The notes under the pieces are model-generated. The model saw nothing but the letters and a program-made list of their open reading frames with translations, did not search any database and had not been told where the DNA came from. 64,000 nucleotides of DNA from Candidatus Eiseniibacteriota bacterium (lineage in GTDB: Bacteria > Eisenbacteria > RBG-16-71-46 > DASYSL01), in assembly GCA_031413115.1 (NCBI GenBank), contig JANOEH010000179.1:1163-65162 (forward strand). Reading direction: 5' to 3'. The position numbers and the translations under genes are program-made. This document shows, one piece after another, positions 44,561 through 54,115 of this stretch. Every line of letters begins with the position of its first letter. Position 1 is the first letter of the stretch.

Positions 44561-47500
44561 GGCGTCGGCGCGAGCTTCTCGCCGCGGTCGACGACGGCGT
44601 AGACGACGGGGATGACGATCAGCGTGAGCACCGTCGAGACGACGAGCCCGCCGATCAGCGTGATGGCCAGCGGGGCGCGCACCTCGGCCCCTTCGCCGAT
44701 GCCGATCGCGAGCGGAACCAGCCCGAGCACCGACGACAGCGTGGTCATGAGGATCGGGCGCATCCGCACGCTGCCCGCCTCGACCAGCGCCTCGAGCCGC
44801 GGCATGCCATCGCGTCGCAGCTGGTTCACGCAATCGACCAGCACGATCGCGTTGTTGACCACGATCCCGGCAAGGATCACCAGCCCGATGAGCACCATGA
44901 TGCTGATCGACGTGCCCGTGGTCACCAGGGAGAGGATCACGCCCACGACCGCGAGCGGGATCGAGAACATGATCACGAACGGGTGCTTGAGCGACTCGAA
45001 CTGGCTGGCCATCACCAGGTAGACGAGGAACACGGCGAGAATCAGGGCGAACTGCAGCGAGCCCATCGACTCGGCCATCTCCAGTCGCTGGCCGGCGAGC
45101 GTCGCCCGCGTGCCCGCCGGCAGCTTCAGGGCCGAGAGTCGCGCCTCGATGTCGCGCGAGGCCGAGCCCAGGTCGCGATTCTGCAGGTTCGCGGAGACGA
45201 TGGCAGCGCGCTGCTGGCCGATGCGGCGGATCTCGCTGGGACCCCGCTCGACTTTCACGTAGGCAACCGAACCCAGGCGCACCGTCGAGCCGTCGTTGCG
45301 GCCCACCTCGAGGTCGGCCAGCTGCACGACGCGCGAGCGCTCGGCCTCGGTGGCGCGAACGCGGATGTCGAGCTTGCGGTCGAGGTCGCTGAACTGCGTC
45401 GCCGCCTCGCCCTGGACGGCGTTGCGCACCAGGCGCGAGGCCGACGCCGGGTCGAGGTTCATCGCCGCCAGCCGGTCGCGATCGAACGCGATCTGCACCT
45501 CGGGGTCGCCGGGGCGCAGCGAACCCTCGACGTCGACCAGCCCGCGGACGTCGCTGATCGCGAGCGCGACCTGGTCGGTGAGCGTGCGCAGCGTGTCGAG
45601 GTCATAGGCGTAGATCTCGACCTCGACCGGGCTCTTGAACTTGAGCAGCGCCGGGCGTTCGACCGTGTAGGCGACGCCGGGCATCCCCTCGAGCGACGTG
45701 CGCAGTCGGGCCGAGATCGCCTCCTCGGCGCGCGAGTCGTTGGGGTTCTTGAGCACGACCGTGACCTGTCCGCGGTTGGCTTCGAGCGCGGAGCCCGAGA
45801 ACGCGGTCAGGTCGCGCTGGCCGGCGCTGGTGTAGGCGAACTTCACGCGGGGATCGCCCTCGGCCGTCTTCGCGAGTGTGGCGAGGACGCCGTCGGTGAC
45901 ATGCAGGGCGGAGCCCTCCGGCAACCGCACGTCGAGGGTGAACTCGCCCTGTGGCGGTGACGGGAACAGGTCGACGGGCAGCAGCATCGCCGTGCCGATC
46001 GAGGCCGCAAAGACCACGGCCGACCAGGTCAGCACCGTCCCGGGGTGCTTGAGCGCCCAGCGGGCGACGGCCGGGTAGTTGTTCGACAGCGCCGCGATCG
46101 AGCTGTCGAACGGCCTGAGCAGGCGATCGATCCACGGCATGAGGAAGCGCCCGAGTGCTGCGGCGCCGCGCGTCACGAGTCGCGGCAGGAAAACCGCGGC
46201 GCGGGCGAGGCGACCGCCCCAGCGCCGGCTGCGCGGCGAGCCGCCCGCGACCTCGGGGGCGACCGGTGCGGCGACGTGGGCGCCGAGCACGGTCAGCATC
46301 GGCACGATGGTGAGCGCGACGATGAGGGCGGCGATGTTCGACAGCGAGATCGTCAGCGCCTGGTCGCGGATCAGCTGTCCGGCGAGGCCCTGGACGAATA
46401 CGAGCGGGAAGAACACGGCGACCGTGGTCAGCGTCGAAGCCGTGACCGCCATGGCAACGGAACCCGCGCCCCGCGAGGCTGCCGCGAACGGGGAGTCCCC
46501 CGCTTCGCGTCGGCGAAAGATCGTCTCGAGCACGACGATCGAGTTGTCGATCAGGGTGCCGATGCCGAGCGCCAGTCCGCCGAGCGACATCAGGTTCAGC
46601 GACAGGTTGAAGCGGTACATGATGATGAACGTGACCAGCACCGAGATGGGGATCGAGATCGCGATGGTGATCGTCGAACGCACGTCGCGCAGGAACGCGA
46701 AGAGCACGAAGACGGCGAGCAGGCCGCCGACCAGCGCGGCGCTGGTCACGTCGTCGATGGCGCCCCGGATGAAGCGCGACTGGTCGGCGACCGTCGTGAG
46801 CTTCATGTCCGCGGGCAGTTCGATGTCGGCCAGCTTCTGCTTGACGGTCCTGGCGACGGCGACGGTGTTCGCATCGCCCTCCTTGTAGATCGCGATCTCG
46901 ACCGCCTCGGTGGCGCCGACGCGGGCGATCACGTCGCGATCCTTCGGGCCGCGGAACACTCGCCCCACGTCCGAGATGCGAATCACGCCGTCCGGGCGCG
47001 ACGCGAGGATCACGCCGCCGATCTCCTCGGGGGAGAGGAACTGGTTCGTGGCGCGCACCAGGTACTCGGCCTGGCCCTCGGTGAGCGAGCCGCCGGCGAC
47101 ATTCACGTTCTCTTCGGAGAGCCGGCGCGTGACGTCGGTCAGCGTCAGTCCCACCGCCGAGAGTCGACCGGCGTCGATCTCGACTTGGATCTCCTCCTCC
47201 TCACCGCCGGCAACGCGGACCGCAGCGACGCCGGGCACGCCCTCGAGGTCGCTCTTGACGGTGCGATCGGCGATGCGGCGCAGCCGCTGCAGGTTCTCGC
47301 TGCCCGACAGGCGGACGCGGACGATGGGGTCGAGCGACGGATCGAAACGCAGGATCGCCGAGCGCCGGGCCTCGCGCGGCAGCGTGACCAGGTCGAGCTT
47401 CTCGCGCACGGACAGCGCGGCGAGGTCCATGCGCGTGTTCGACGCGAACTCGAGCGTCACTTCCGACTGCCCGGGGCGCGACACCGAGTGCATGCGCACC

Positions 47501-47730
47501 AGCCCGGGCACGACGCCGACGCCCTCCTCGACCGGGCGCGTGACGAACTGCTCGACGTCGCCGGGGGCGGCGTCGGGCAGGTCGGTGCGAACCGTGAGCG
47601 AGGGATACGAGATGTTGGGCAGCAGTTCGACGCCGAGGCGCGTCAGCGCCACGAGGCCGAACATCACCGCTGCGACGGTCGCCATCGAGACCGTCACGGG
47701 CCGCTTGAGGGATCCGTCGATCAGGCGCAT
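44557..47730 (-). CDS. RND efflux transporter permease subunit, first of two (MdtB-like).
   Basis: ATG at 47730 with GGAGGA RBS. ~1057 aa AcrB-family architecture. Confidence 0.9.
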   Translation of the reverse strand: MRLIDGSLKRPVTVSMATVAAVMFGLVALTRLGVELLPNISYPSLTVRTDLPDAAPGDVEQFVTRPVEEGVGVVPGLVRMHSVSRPGQSEVTLEFASNTRMDLAALSVREKLDLVTLPREARRSAILRFDPSLDPIVRVRLSGSENLQRLRRIADRTVKSDLEGVPGVAAVRVAGGEEEEIQVEIDAGRLSAVGLTLTDVTRRLSEENVNVAGGSLTEGQAEYLVRATNQFLSPEEIGGVILASRPDGVIRISDVGRVFRGPKDRDVIARVGATEAVEIAIYKEGDANTVAVARTVKQKLADIELPADMKLTTVADQSRFIRGAIDDVTSAALVGGLLAVFVLFAFLRDVRSTITIAISIPISVLVTFIIMYRFNLSLNLMSLGGLALGIGTLIDNSIVVLETIFRRREAGDSPFAAASRGAGSVAMAVTASTLTTVAVFFPLVFVQGLAGQLIRDQALTISLSNIAALIVALTIVPMLTVLGAHVAAPVAPEVAGGSPRSRRWGGRLARAAVFLPRLVTRGAAALGRFLMPWIDRLLRPFDSSIAALSNNYPAVARWALKHPGTVLTWSAVVFAASIGTAMLLPVDLFPSPPQGEFTLDVRLPEGSALHVTDGVLATLAKTAEGDPRVKFAYTSAGQRDLTAFSGSALEANRGQVTVVLKNPNDSRAEEAISARLRTSLEGMPGVAYTVERPALLKFKSPVEVEIYAYDLDTLRTLTDQVALAISDVRGLVDVEGSLRPGDPEVQIAFDRDRLAAMNLDPASASRLVRNAVQGEAATQFSDLDRKLDIRVRATEAERSRVVQLADLEVGRNDGSTVRLGSVAYVKVERGPSEIRRIGQQRAAIVSANLQNRDLGSASRDIEARLSALKLPAGTRATLAGQRLEMAESMGSLQFALILAVFLVYLVMASQFESLKHPFVIMFSIPLAVVGVILSLVTTGTSISIMVLIGLVILAGIVVNNAIVLVDCVNQLRRDGMPRLEALVEAGSVRMRPILMTTLSSVLGLVPLAIGIGEGAEVRAPLAITLIGGLVVSTVLTLIVIPVVYAVVDRGEKLAPTP

Positions 47731-47746
47731 GGATCCTCCGCCGCGC

Positions 47747-48835
47747 CTAGAACGCGACCGGCTTGATGCGGGCACCCTGCTTGAGGCCGCCCTGGCCGAC
47801 CGTGACCACCTTCGTGCCGGGAGCCAGTCCGGCGAGGATCTGCGCGGTGTCCCCGGCAATCGCGCCGACCTGCACCGCGACGCGGTTGACCGAGTCGCCC
47901 ACGGCGACGAAGACGTACGAGTCGCCGTCCTCCGTCACGACGGCCTTGCGCGGCAGCACGACGACGTCGGCATACGAGGCGGACTCGAGGCGCACGCGCG
48001 CGAAGCTGCCCGGGCGCAGGATGGCGTCGGGGTCGCTCACTTCGAGCGTGACCTTGAACGTGCCGTTACTGCGGTCGACGGTCGGGTTGACGATCGTCAC
48101 CTTCGCGGGGAACGACATGCCGGGCTGGGCATCGAGCTCGAGCACAGCGCCCTGGCCGACGTGCACGCGGTTCTGCTCGCGCTCGGGGAAGTAGACGCGG
48201 GCGAGCAGAGGCGAGAAGTCGTCGACCCGGAAGCAGTCCTTGCCCGGCGTCACGGTCTCTCCGAGCTGGATCATGCGCGCCGTCACCTTGCCCGCGAACG
48301 GGGCGACAATGCGCGTCTGCGTCAGGTCGTACTCGGCCTGGGCGACGTTTTCCTTCGCGGTGCGGAGCTTGAACACCAGGTCGTCGAGCGTCGCCTGCGC
48401 CTGCACGCCGCGCTCCTGGAGCGCCTTGCCGCGCGTCGCATCGTTCTGCGCCTGCTCCAGTGCGACCTTTGCGCGCTCGAGTGCGATGCGCGCCTCGGTG
48501 TTCTCGAGGCGGGCGAGCACCTGGCCCTTCGCGACGCTGTGACCTTCCTCCGCGAGCAGCGCGACGACCTGGCCCTGGCGGCGGGCGACGAGCGTCGCGG
48601 TGTTCTCGGGTTCGAGCACGGTCGTCGTCTCGAGGAACGTCGAGATCGATCCCTTGCCCACCGTCGACAACTCGACCGGTGCGGCCGCGACCGCGTCCTT
48701 CTTGTCCTTCTTCCTGTCACCGTTCGCCTGGCCGTTGCGGGCGACGAGGAGGCCCCCGGCAGTGGCGGCAAGCACCACGACGCCGACGACGGGCCACACC
48801 CAGCGGCGGCGGCGGGGAGCGGGAGCGAGAACCAT
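47747..48835 (-). CDS. RND efflux periplasmic adaptor subunit (membrane fusion protein, HlyD family).
   Basis: ATG at 48835 with GGAGGTG RBS. TM/lipoyl/beta-barrel/MP domains. A coiled-coil hairpin (ARLENTEARIALERAKVALEQAQND...). Confidence 0.85.
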   Translation of the reverse strand: MVLAPAPRRRRWVWPVVGVVVLAATAGGLLVARNGQANGDRKKDKKDAVAAAPVELSTVGKGSISTFLETTTVLEPENTATLVARRQGQVVALLAEEGHSVAKGQVLARLENTEARIALERAKVALEQAQNDATRGKALQERGVQAQATLDDLVFKLRTAKENVAQAEYDLTQTRIVAPFAGKVTARMIQLGETVTPGKDCFRVDDFSPLLARVYFPEREQNRVHVGQGAVLELDAQPGMSFPAKVTIVNPTVDRSNGTFKVTLEVSDPDAILRPGSFARVRLESASYADVVVLPRKAVVTEDGDSYVFVAVGDSVNRVAVQVGAIAGDTAQILAGLAPGTKVVTVGQGGLKQGARIKPVAF

Positions 48836-49200
48836 GGGGGCACCTCCGGGGAACACGGACTGCGGAAGGGGATCGGGCAGGGGTTCCTACGGCGGTCGGC
48901 GGCAGGGGGTTGCCATGAAATTGACGCTACCGCGGTGGACGCCCTGGCGCCATGCCCGAGTCGCCGGATGTCACCGTCTGGATTGAGCACCTGTTGCGGA
49001 GGTCGTGCCCCCACCGGCGGACGCCGTAGGAAGAAGGATCGTCTCCGTCGAGTGCCCGGGGCTGGACACCCGCGGGACCGCTTCCGACCAGAACGGGGAA
49101 GATTGGTGCGGCGCCGTTCGACGTTTCCCCAGGATCGCTGGCGCTCACCGAGGCGGGTACGCACAACAAGCGCGGCACGCGGGGGTGATGCCCTGCGGCA

Positions 49201-49701
49201 TCAGCCGCGGGCGCGGTGTGCTTCCCAACTCAGCACGTCGCCCTCGATCGGCGCCGGTGCGCCGACCAGCCGCAGGAGCTGGATCACCTGTGCGCGGTGG
49301 TGCATCGAGTGCGTGATCAAGTGAGCGATGGCCCCGCCGTAGGTCTTCTCGGTCGGCGGATCGTCGAGGACGTCGAGCCAGCGCTCGTCCCATGCGGCTC
49401 GCGCCCTGGTTTCGTGCGCCATGCGCGCCAGGTCGGCGGCGGCATGGTCGAGCCGGGCGAGCAGGCCCGCGATCGAGCGACCCTCCGGCTCGGCGTTGCG
49501 ATTCGGGCGCACCGGTGCGCCCGCCACGAGGTCACTCCACACCTCCATGTTGCGGATGATGTGCAGGAAGGTCGCGCGCAGGCTGCGGTGTGCGAAGTCG
49601 TGCTCGCGATCGAGTCGCTCGTCGTCGAAGCCGCGACAGTGCTCGAGCAGGCGGCGCGTGGTCCAGGCGTCGTGGCCGAGCAGGCGATCGAGCAGGTCCA
49701 T
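49201..49701 (-). CDS. DinB/YfiT-like (DinB_2) metal-dependent four-helix-bundle protein.
   Basis: ATG at 49701. Conserved His-containing helices (WTTRRLLEHC ... HLITHSMHHRAQV). Confidence 0.7.
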   Translation of the reverse strand: MDLLDRLLGHDAWTTRRLLEHCRGFDDERLDREHDFAHRSLRATFLHIIRNMEVWSDLVAGAPVRPNRNAEPEGRSIAGLLARLDHAAADLARMAHETRARAAWDERWLDVLDDPPTEKTYGGAIAHLITHSMHHRAQVIQLLRLVGAPAPIEGDVLSWEAHRARG

Positions 49702-49703
49702 GC

Positions 49704-50150
49704 TCACGGCCCGCGGAACACGATCGGAATCCGACGCTCGTCGTCGAACTCGGGTTGACCGGACGGGTTGTCCTTGGTCAGGACGAGCGATCCGGCCGAG
49801 CCGGCGGCGGGTGAGGCGAACGTCACGGTCGAGCTGAAGGGCACGAAATCCGTCGTCATCCAGTCGCTCCCGGCCGTCGCGTAGGTCACGGCGAGCTCGC
49901 GGCCTTCGGCATCGAGCAGCCGCACCGGGAACGACGCCTCGAAGAACCACGTTCCGCGGGCTTCGCCACGGAGGGCGAGCGGGCTCGTTACCGTGTCACC
50001 CGGCGCGGGCGTGGCGAGGCGGACGAGGCTGTCCCGTGGGGCGGCGGGCGCGGCCACGGGCGGCTTCTTCACGGGCGCCGGGGCTCTCGGCGAGATGTCG
50101 CGATCACAGCCGAATGCCGCGAGCGCGAGGAGAAGCGCGAGAAGGATCAC
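49704..50150 (-). CDS. Lipoprotein with a Gmad2-type immunoglobulin-like domain.
   Basis: GTG start overlapping the upstream stop. Lipobox LALAAFGC. The C-terminal region (GDTVTSPLALRGEARGTWFFEASFPVRLLD...VTFASPAAGSAGSLVL) resembles the Gmad2 Ig-like fold. Confidence 0.6.
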   Translation of the reverse strand: MILLALLLALAAFGCDRDISPRAPAPVKKPPVAAPAAPRDSLVRLATPAPGDTVTSPLALRGEARGTWFFEASFPVRLLDAEGRELAVTYATAGSDWMTTDFVPFSSTVTFASPAAGSAGSLVLTKDNPSGQPEFDDERRIPIVFRGP

Positions 50151-50665
50151 GAGCCGCTCCCCGGGCGGGCGAGCGCGTACGTCGCCGTGCGCTCGCCGTC
50201 CTCGTGCGTCGCGGTCCCTTCGTGGCGCATCCCGTTCGCTTCGAGCACGCGGACCGAGTACGCATTCTCCGGATGGACCGTGGCGATGATCCGCTCGAGC
50301 CCGAGCGCGCCGAAGCCGTGCGCGAGGAGTGCGGGGACGACCTCGCCGGCCAGCCCCTGTCCCCACAGGTCGCGGCGGAACGCATACTTGATCTCGGGCG
50401 TGGGCTGCCCTCCCGGATGCACGATGCCACAGAACCCGATCGCCTCGCCCCCGGCAGTCGGGACGATCGCGTACATGCCATAGCCACGCGCGGCGTAGTT
50501 CGTCGTGGTCACCTCGAGCCAGCGTCGGCACTGCTCGGGCGACAGGGGAACTCGGTCGCCGACGTAGCGCACGGTTTCGGGATCGCCGTAGACGGCGAGC
50601 AGCGCGGGCAGATCGTCCTCGGTCATCCGGCGGACGGTGCAGCGCGCGGTCGTGATTTGGGTCAT
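50147..50665 (-). CDS. GNAT-family N-acetyltransferase (RimJ/RimL-like).
   Basis: ATG at 50665. Acetyl-CoA-binding motif RRDLWGQGLAGE. 172 aa. Overlaps both neighbours by 4 nt. Confidence 0.8.
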   Translation of the reverse strand: MTQITTARCTVRRMTEDDLPALLAVYGDPETVRYVGDRVPLSPEQCRRWLEVTTTNYAARGYGMYAIVPTAGGEAIGFCGIVHPGGQPTPEIKYAFRRDLWGQGLAGEVVPALLAHGFGALGLERIIATVHPENAYSVRVLEANGMRHEGTATHEDGERTATYALARPGSGS

Positions 50666-51585
50666 GGCGCGGGGGCTTCCTCCGGTCGCCACGTCTCCTT
50701 CCACAGGCGCGTGACCTCGGGTGTCAGGTCGGCCGGGGGCGCACCGAGCAGCGCGTTGACTCCGGCTTGCCGCACGATGCCGTACATCTGTTTCTTCGGC
50801 GCGAACCAGAGCACCATCATGTTGTTCTCCGCGCAGTCGTGGGCCTTGCATGCGGCGACCTGCACGAACTCCTGTCCTCCTAGCTTGACCGTGCGGTTCG
50901 GCGGCGCGGGGCCGTCGAGGACCGCGATCCAGCGCTCGCGCATGCGCGGACCCATCGCCTTCGTGTAGGCGGCGCGGAAGTTCTTGTCCTTCATCATGGC
51001 GGCGGCGCCGCCGGAGGAGTCGGGCTCGATGCTCGCGGCGGTAGCCGCTCCCGCGGTCGTCGCCTTCGCACCGGGGGCCGGATTCGCGGCTGGAGCGGCC
51101 TTGGTCGCGGGCGCCGGCGCCGGCGCGGCTGTCGGCGCAAGCGCCGCCGTCAACCTGCACAGCCGGAACGTCATCGCGAGCACCTCGGGGCGGATGCCCT
51201 TGAGGTCGGTGAAGTCGTTGTCGAGCTTGCCGTAGTAGCCCTTCGCGTCCTCGTAGAGCGCGAAGACGAGGCCGGGATCCTCGCCCTTGCGCGCCAGGAT
51301 GCACGTGCGGTACTCGGGCTGCTCGTTGGCCCCCTGTCCGTACCAGCTCGCGGCGCCCTCGAGATGCGGCGAGCTCACGCGTTTCGCTCCGTCGATCACC
51401 ACGATCGCATCGGCCTCGAGGACGACGCGCGGCCCCTGCGGCTTCGCGCAATCGGCGAGATATGTCCCGCCGAACGACTCGAGGGTGTACTTGTCCAGCG
51501 CGGCGTGCGCCGGTGAGGACACCGCGAGCAATCCGATCAGGGCCCCCGTGCCGGCGGTCCAGCGTAGCGTGCCGTGCAACATCAT
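50662..51585 (-). CDS. Secreted protein with a C-terminal Ivy-like (C-type lysozyme inhibitor) motif CKAHDC.
   Basis: Signal peptide. CKAHDCAENNMMVLW resembles the conserved CKPHDC loop of Ivy. A second N-terminal domain is of unknown function. Confidence 0.5.
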   Translation of the reverse strand: MMLHGTLRWTAGTGALIGLLAVSSPAHAALDKYTLESFGGTYLADCAKPQGPRVVLEADAIVVIDGAKRVSSPHLEGAASWYGQGANEQPEYRTCILARKGEDPGLVFALYEDAKGYYGKLDNDFTDLKGIRPEVLAMTFRLCRLTAALAPTAAPAPAPATKAAPAANPAPGAKATTAGAATAASIEPDSSGGAAAMMKDKNFRAAYTKAMGPRMRERWIAVLDGPAPPNRTVKLGGQEFVQVAACKAHDCAENNMMVLWFAPKKQMYGIVRQAGVNALLGAPPADLTPEVTRLWKETWRPEEAPAP

Positions 51586-51833
51586 GGCCGGTCTCCGCGA
51601 TTGGAGGAGGAACCAGCCCCGTTCGCCGCGATCGTCTTCGGCGATGCGCTCGTGAAGCGGGACTGGATCGAGTAGCGACGATCCTGCGTGGGGGAGAGGT
51701 TGCGCTTGTCGTACGGGTTCCGGTTCGCTTGGAGTGCCTTGGGAGTGACGCCGCCGCCGGTCCCGGCGAAACCGGCCGTGGCCGCGAGCGGCAGGAGGAG
51801 GGAAGGAAGTCGATGGCGAGTTCTCAGGCTCAT
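51582..51833 (-). CDS. Small secreted protein (84 aa); hypothetical.
   Basis: ATG at 51833 with GGAG upstream. Signal peptide MSLRTRHRLPSLLLPLAATAGFAGTGGG. The stop overlaps the ATG ATG of the downstream gene (ATGA). Confidence 0.3.
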   Translation of the reverse strand: MSLRTRHRLPSLLLPLAATAGFAGTGGGVTPKALQANRNPYDKRNLSPTQDRRYSIQSRFTSASPKTIAANGAGSSSNRGDRP

Positions 51834-51971
51834 GTCGGGCTCCGGTTCGTCGGACAGCGCCGGGGACGGAAGGGTCTCATCCGCGGTCCGGCTGGGCAAC
51901 AAGTTCGAGGCTTCGAACCCCGCCGGATCCGCGGCTACTCCCGTTTTTTGGCGGCACCCCGCCGGAGCCCG

Positions 51972-52394
51972 CTAGAGGCGCTTCTCCGGCGCGGGCACGG
52001 AGGCTCGTGCCGAGCTTTCGGCGGCCGCGGCGGCCTGCCACGGCCAGCGGCCGTCCATCTCGACGATCAGCGACCAGCTGAGGATGGTGCGCACGAGCAC
52101 GAGGATCCCGAGCACGGCGACGTTCTCGAGTGTCGGCGCGGCGGTGACCGTGCGCACGACGTCGGCCGCAACCAGCAGCTCGAGCGCGAGCAGCAGCGAC
52201 TTGCCCAGGTTCGTCTTGGAGCGCTCGACGCCCGCGTCGTTCGCCTGGCTCATCAGGTAGCGGATCGTCCTGGTCGAGATCGTCATCCGAACGACCGAGG
52301 CGATGATGATCACCACGGCAAGCAGCTCGATTCCGAACGCACCCCACTCGATCCAGGCGTGCAGCGCATCGACGACAGGTTGGGTCGTTTCCAT
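51972..52394 (-). CDS. DUF1622-family membrane protein.
   Basis: 140 aa, four TM helices. The ORF also shows the opposite codon bias to the shadow ORFs. Confidence 0.65.
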   Translation of the reverse strand: METTQPVVDALHAWIEWGAFGIELLAVVIIIASVVRMTISTRTIRYLMSQANDAGVERSKTNLGKSLLLALELLVAADVVRTVTAAPTLENVAVLGILVLVRTILSWSLIVEMDGRWPWQAAAAAESSARASVPAPEKRL

Positions 52395-52513
52395 GATCCG
52401 CGGCTCCTTGGGTCTGGCATGCCGATCCCGCCTTCGGGACCGCGCAGGGCGAAGCGATCATACAGAACCGGGTGGGCCGAAGCGCGATCCGGTTTTCGGC
52501 CCGAGGCCTCCGC

Positions 52514-53200
52514 TTACACCACCGCCCCGAACAGGCGTCCGACGACCGCCGTGCAGCCCATCGCGACTGCGCCCCAGAATGCGACACGGCGCGCGCCATG
52601 CAGGGGGGGTGCGCCACCCAGGTGCGCCGCAGCGCCTCCGAGCACGAACAACACGACGAGCGTCACGCCGACCACTCCGGGGGCGACGAGCTTGTCGGGC
52701 AGGAAAGCGGCGAGGAGCGCGGGCGGAAGCGCTCCGACCGCGAACGACGTGGCCGAGGCGACCGCGGCCTGGATGGGCCGCGCACGTGTGCTCGGGTGGA
52801 TGCCGAGTTCGTCGCGCGCGTGGGCCCCGAGCGCGTCGTGCGCCGTGAGCTGGTCGGCGACCTGGAACGCGAGCTCGCGGGTCAGGCCGCGCGCGACGTA
52901 GATCTCGGCGAGCTCGGTGCGTTCGGCCTCGGGTGCGGCGGCGAGTTCGCCGCGCTCGCGTTCGAGGTCGGCGCTCTCGGTGTCGGCCTGCGAGCTCACC
53001 GACACGTACTCGCCGGCGGCCATCGACAGCGCGCCGGCGACCAGGCCTGCGACGGCGGCGAGGACGACGGCCGCACGGTCGGGCGACGCGGAAGCGACGC
53101 CGACGATCAGGCTGCCGGTCGAGATGAGGCCGTCATTGGCGCCGAGGACGGCGGCGCGCAGCCAGCCGATCCTCGATGTGCGGTGCGTCTCTCCATGCAT
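52514..53200 (-). CDS. VIT1/CCC1-family iron/manganese transporter.
   Basis: ATG at 53200. WLRAAVLGANDGLISTGSLIVGV signature, followed by an E-rich loop and C-terminal TM helices. Confidence 0.75.
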   Translation of the reverse strand: MHGETHRTSRIGWLRAAVLGANDGLISTGSLIVGVASASPDRAAVVLAAVAGLVAGALSMAAGEYVSVSSQADTESADLERERGELAAAPEAERTELAEIYVARGLTRELAFQVADQLTAHDALGAHARDELGIHPSTRARPIQAAVASATSFAVGALPPALLAAFLPDKLVAPGVVGVTLVVLFVLGGAAAHLGGAPPLHGARRVAFWGAVAMGCTAVVGRLFGAVV

Positions 53201-53217
53201 GAGCGCGATCCTCCCGG

Positions 53218-54003
53218 CTACTGCTTCCCGCGCCCGATCGCGAACCCGAGGCTCAGGATGGTCTCGTTGGCCCACAGGTCATGGCTCGCCGTGCCCTCGT
53301 TGATCTCCAGGTTCTTGTAGCGGCCGAAGAACGCCTTCTGCGCTCCCTCGACGTAGCCACCCTTGTAGAAGTGCACGCGCACCGCCGCTTCGACCCCGGT
53401 GCCGAGTCCGCCGTACTGGAATCCCGGGAGGTTGGGCAGGCCGAGCACGGTGTTCTCGGTGTGCGGATACATGAACCCGAAGCCGGCCTTGCCGAGCAGG
53501 GCCACGCTCCCGGTGTGCCCGGTCTCGCCGAGCAGCGGGAAGCGCTGGACGACGTTCAGCAGGAGGAAGTTTGCCCCGTTGTTCAGCATGTAGCCCTGAA
53601 CGAAGTTGGACGCCGGAACCACCTCGTCGATGGGACTGCCGGCCAGCGTTCCGGTCACATGCACAATCTGATCCGGGTCCTGAATCGCTTTCGCATGATC
53701 AAAGTTCAGCTCGAGGCTCGTGTTCTTCCACAGGAAGCAGCCGATCCGGATGCTGTACTGCGGGATCGTCGGCGGATGGTTCCAGATGTCCGCGCTGACC
53801 AGGTCGTGGAGCTGCACATCGTGCAGCGTGAAGTCATTGCCGAGCGACGGCTGGCGGAAGCGCATGTCGTTGTCGAGGTAGGTCTCGGTGTTGTAGCCCC
53901 AGGACACGTACCAGGAGGGGCCCGGCTCGCCCGCCTCGGCCTGCGCCGGACTCGACGACGCGGTGAGCATGAACAGGATCGTCCAGAGCCGGCGTATTTT
54001 CAT
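53218..54003 (-). CDS. Secreted hypothetical protein (beta-rich, possibly outer-membrane).
   Basis: Signal peptide MKIRRLWTILFMLTASSSPAQA. N/Y/F/H-rich non-shadow composition. Ends ...LGFAIGRGKQ. Confidence 0.55.
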   Translation of the reverse strand: MKIRRLWTILFMLTASSSPAQAEAGEPGPSWYVSWGYNTETYLDNDMRFRQPSLGNDFTLHDVQLHDLVSADIWNHPPTIPQYSIRIGCFLWKNTSLELNFDHAKAIQDPDQIVHVTGTLAGSPIDEVVPASNFVQGYMLNNGANFLLLNVVQRFPLLGETGHTGSVALLGKAGFGFMYPHTENTVLGLPNLPGFQYGGLGTGVEAAVRVHFYKGGYVEGAQKAFFGRYKNLEINEGTASHDLWANETILSLGFAIGRGKQ

Positions 54004-54115
54004 GTCCGGGGCATCTTACAGAAAGCCCCGGCCAGGGGAAACCCGGGAGGCGATCGCCCGTGGCCCGGCTGGACCACGACATCGTTGATCCCCCCCTGCC
54101 CCCGCGACGGCACTC

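Noticed and set aside
51895-51925. tRNA-like T-arm sequence (GTTCGAGGCTTCGAACC)
   Set aside because: This is only a short hairpin with no acceptor stem or anticodon-arm context. It is more likely a weak terminator hairpin downstream of the DUF1622 gene.
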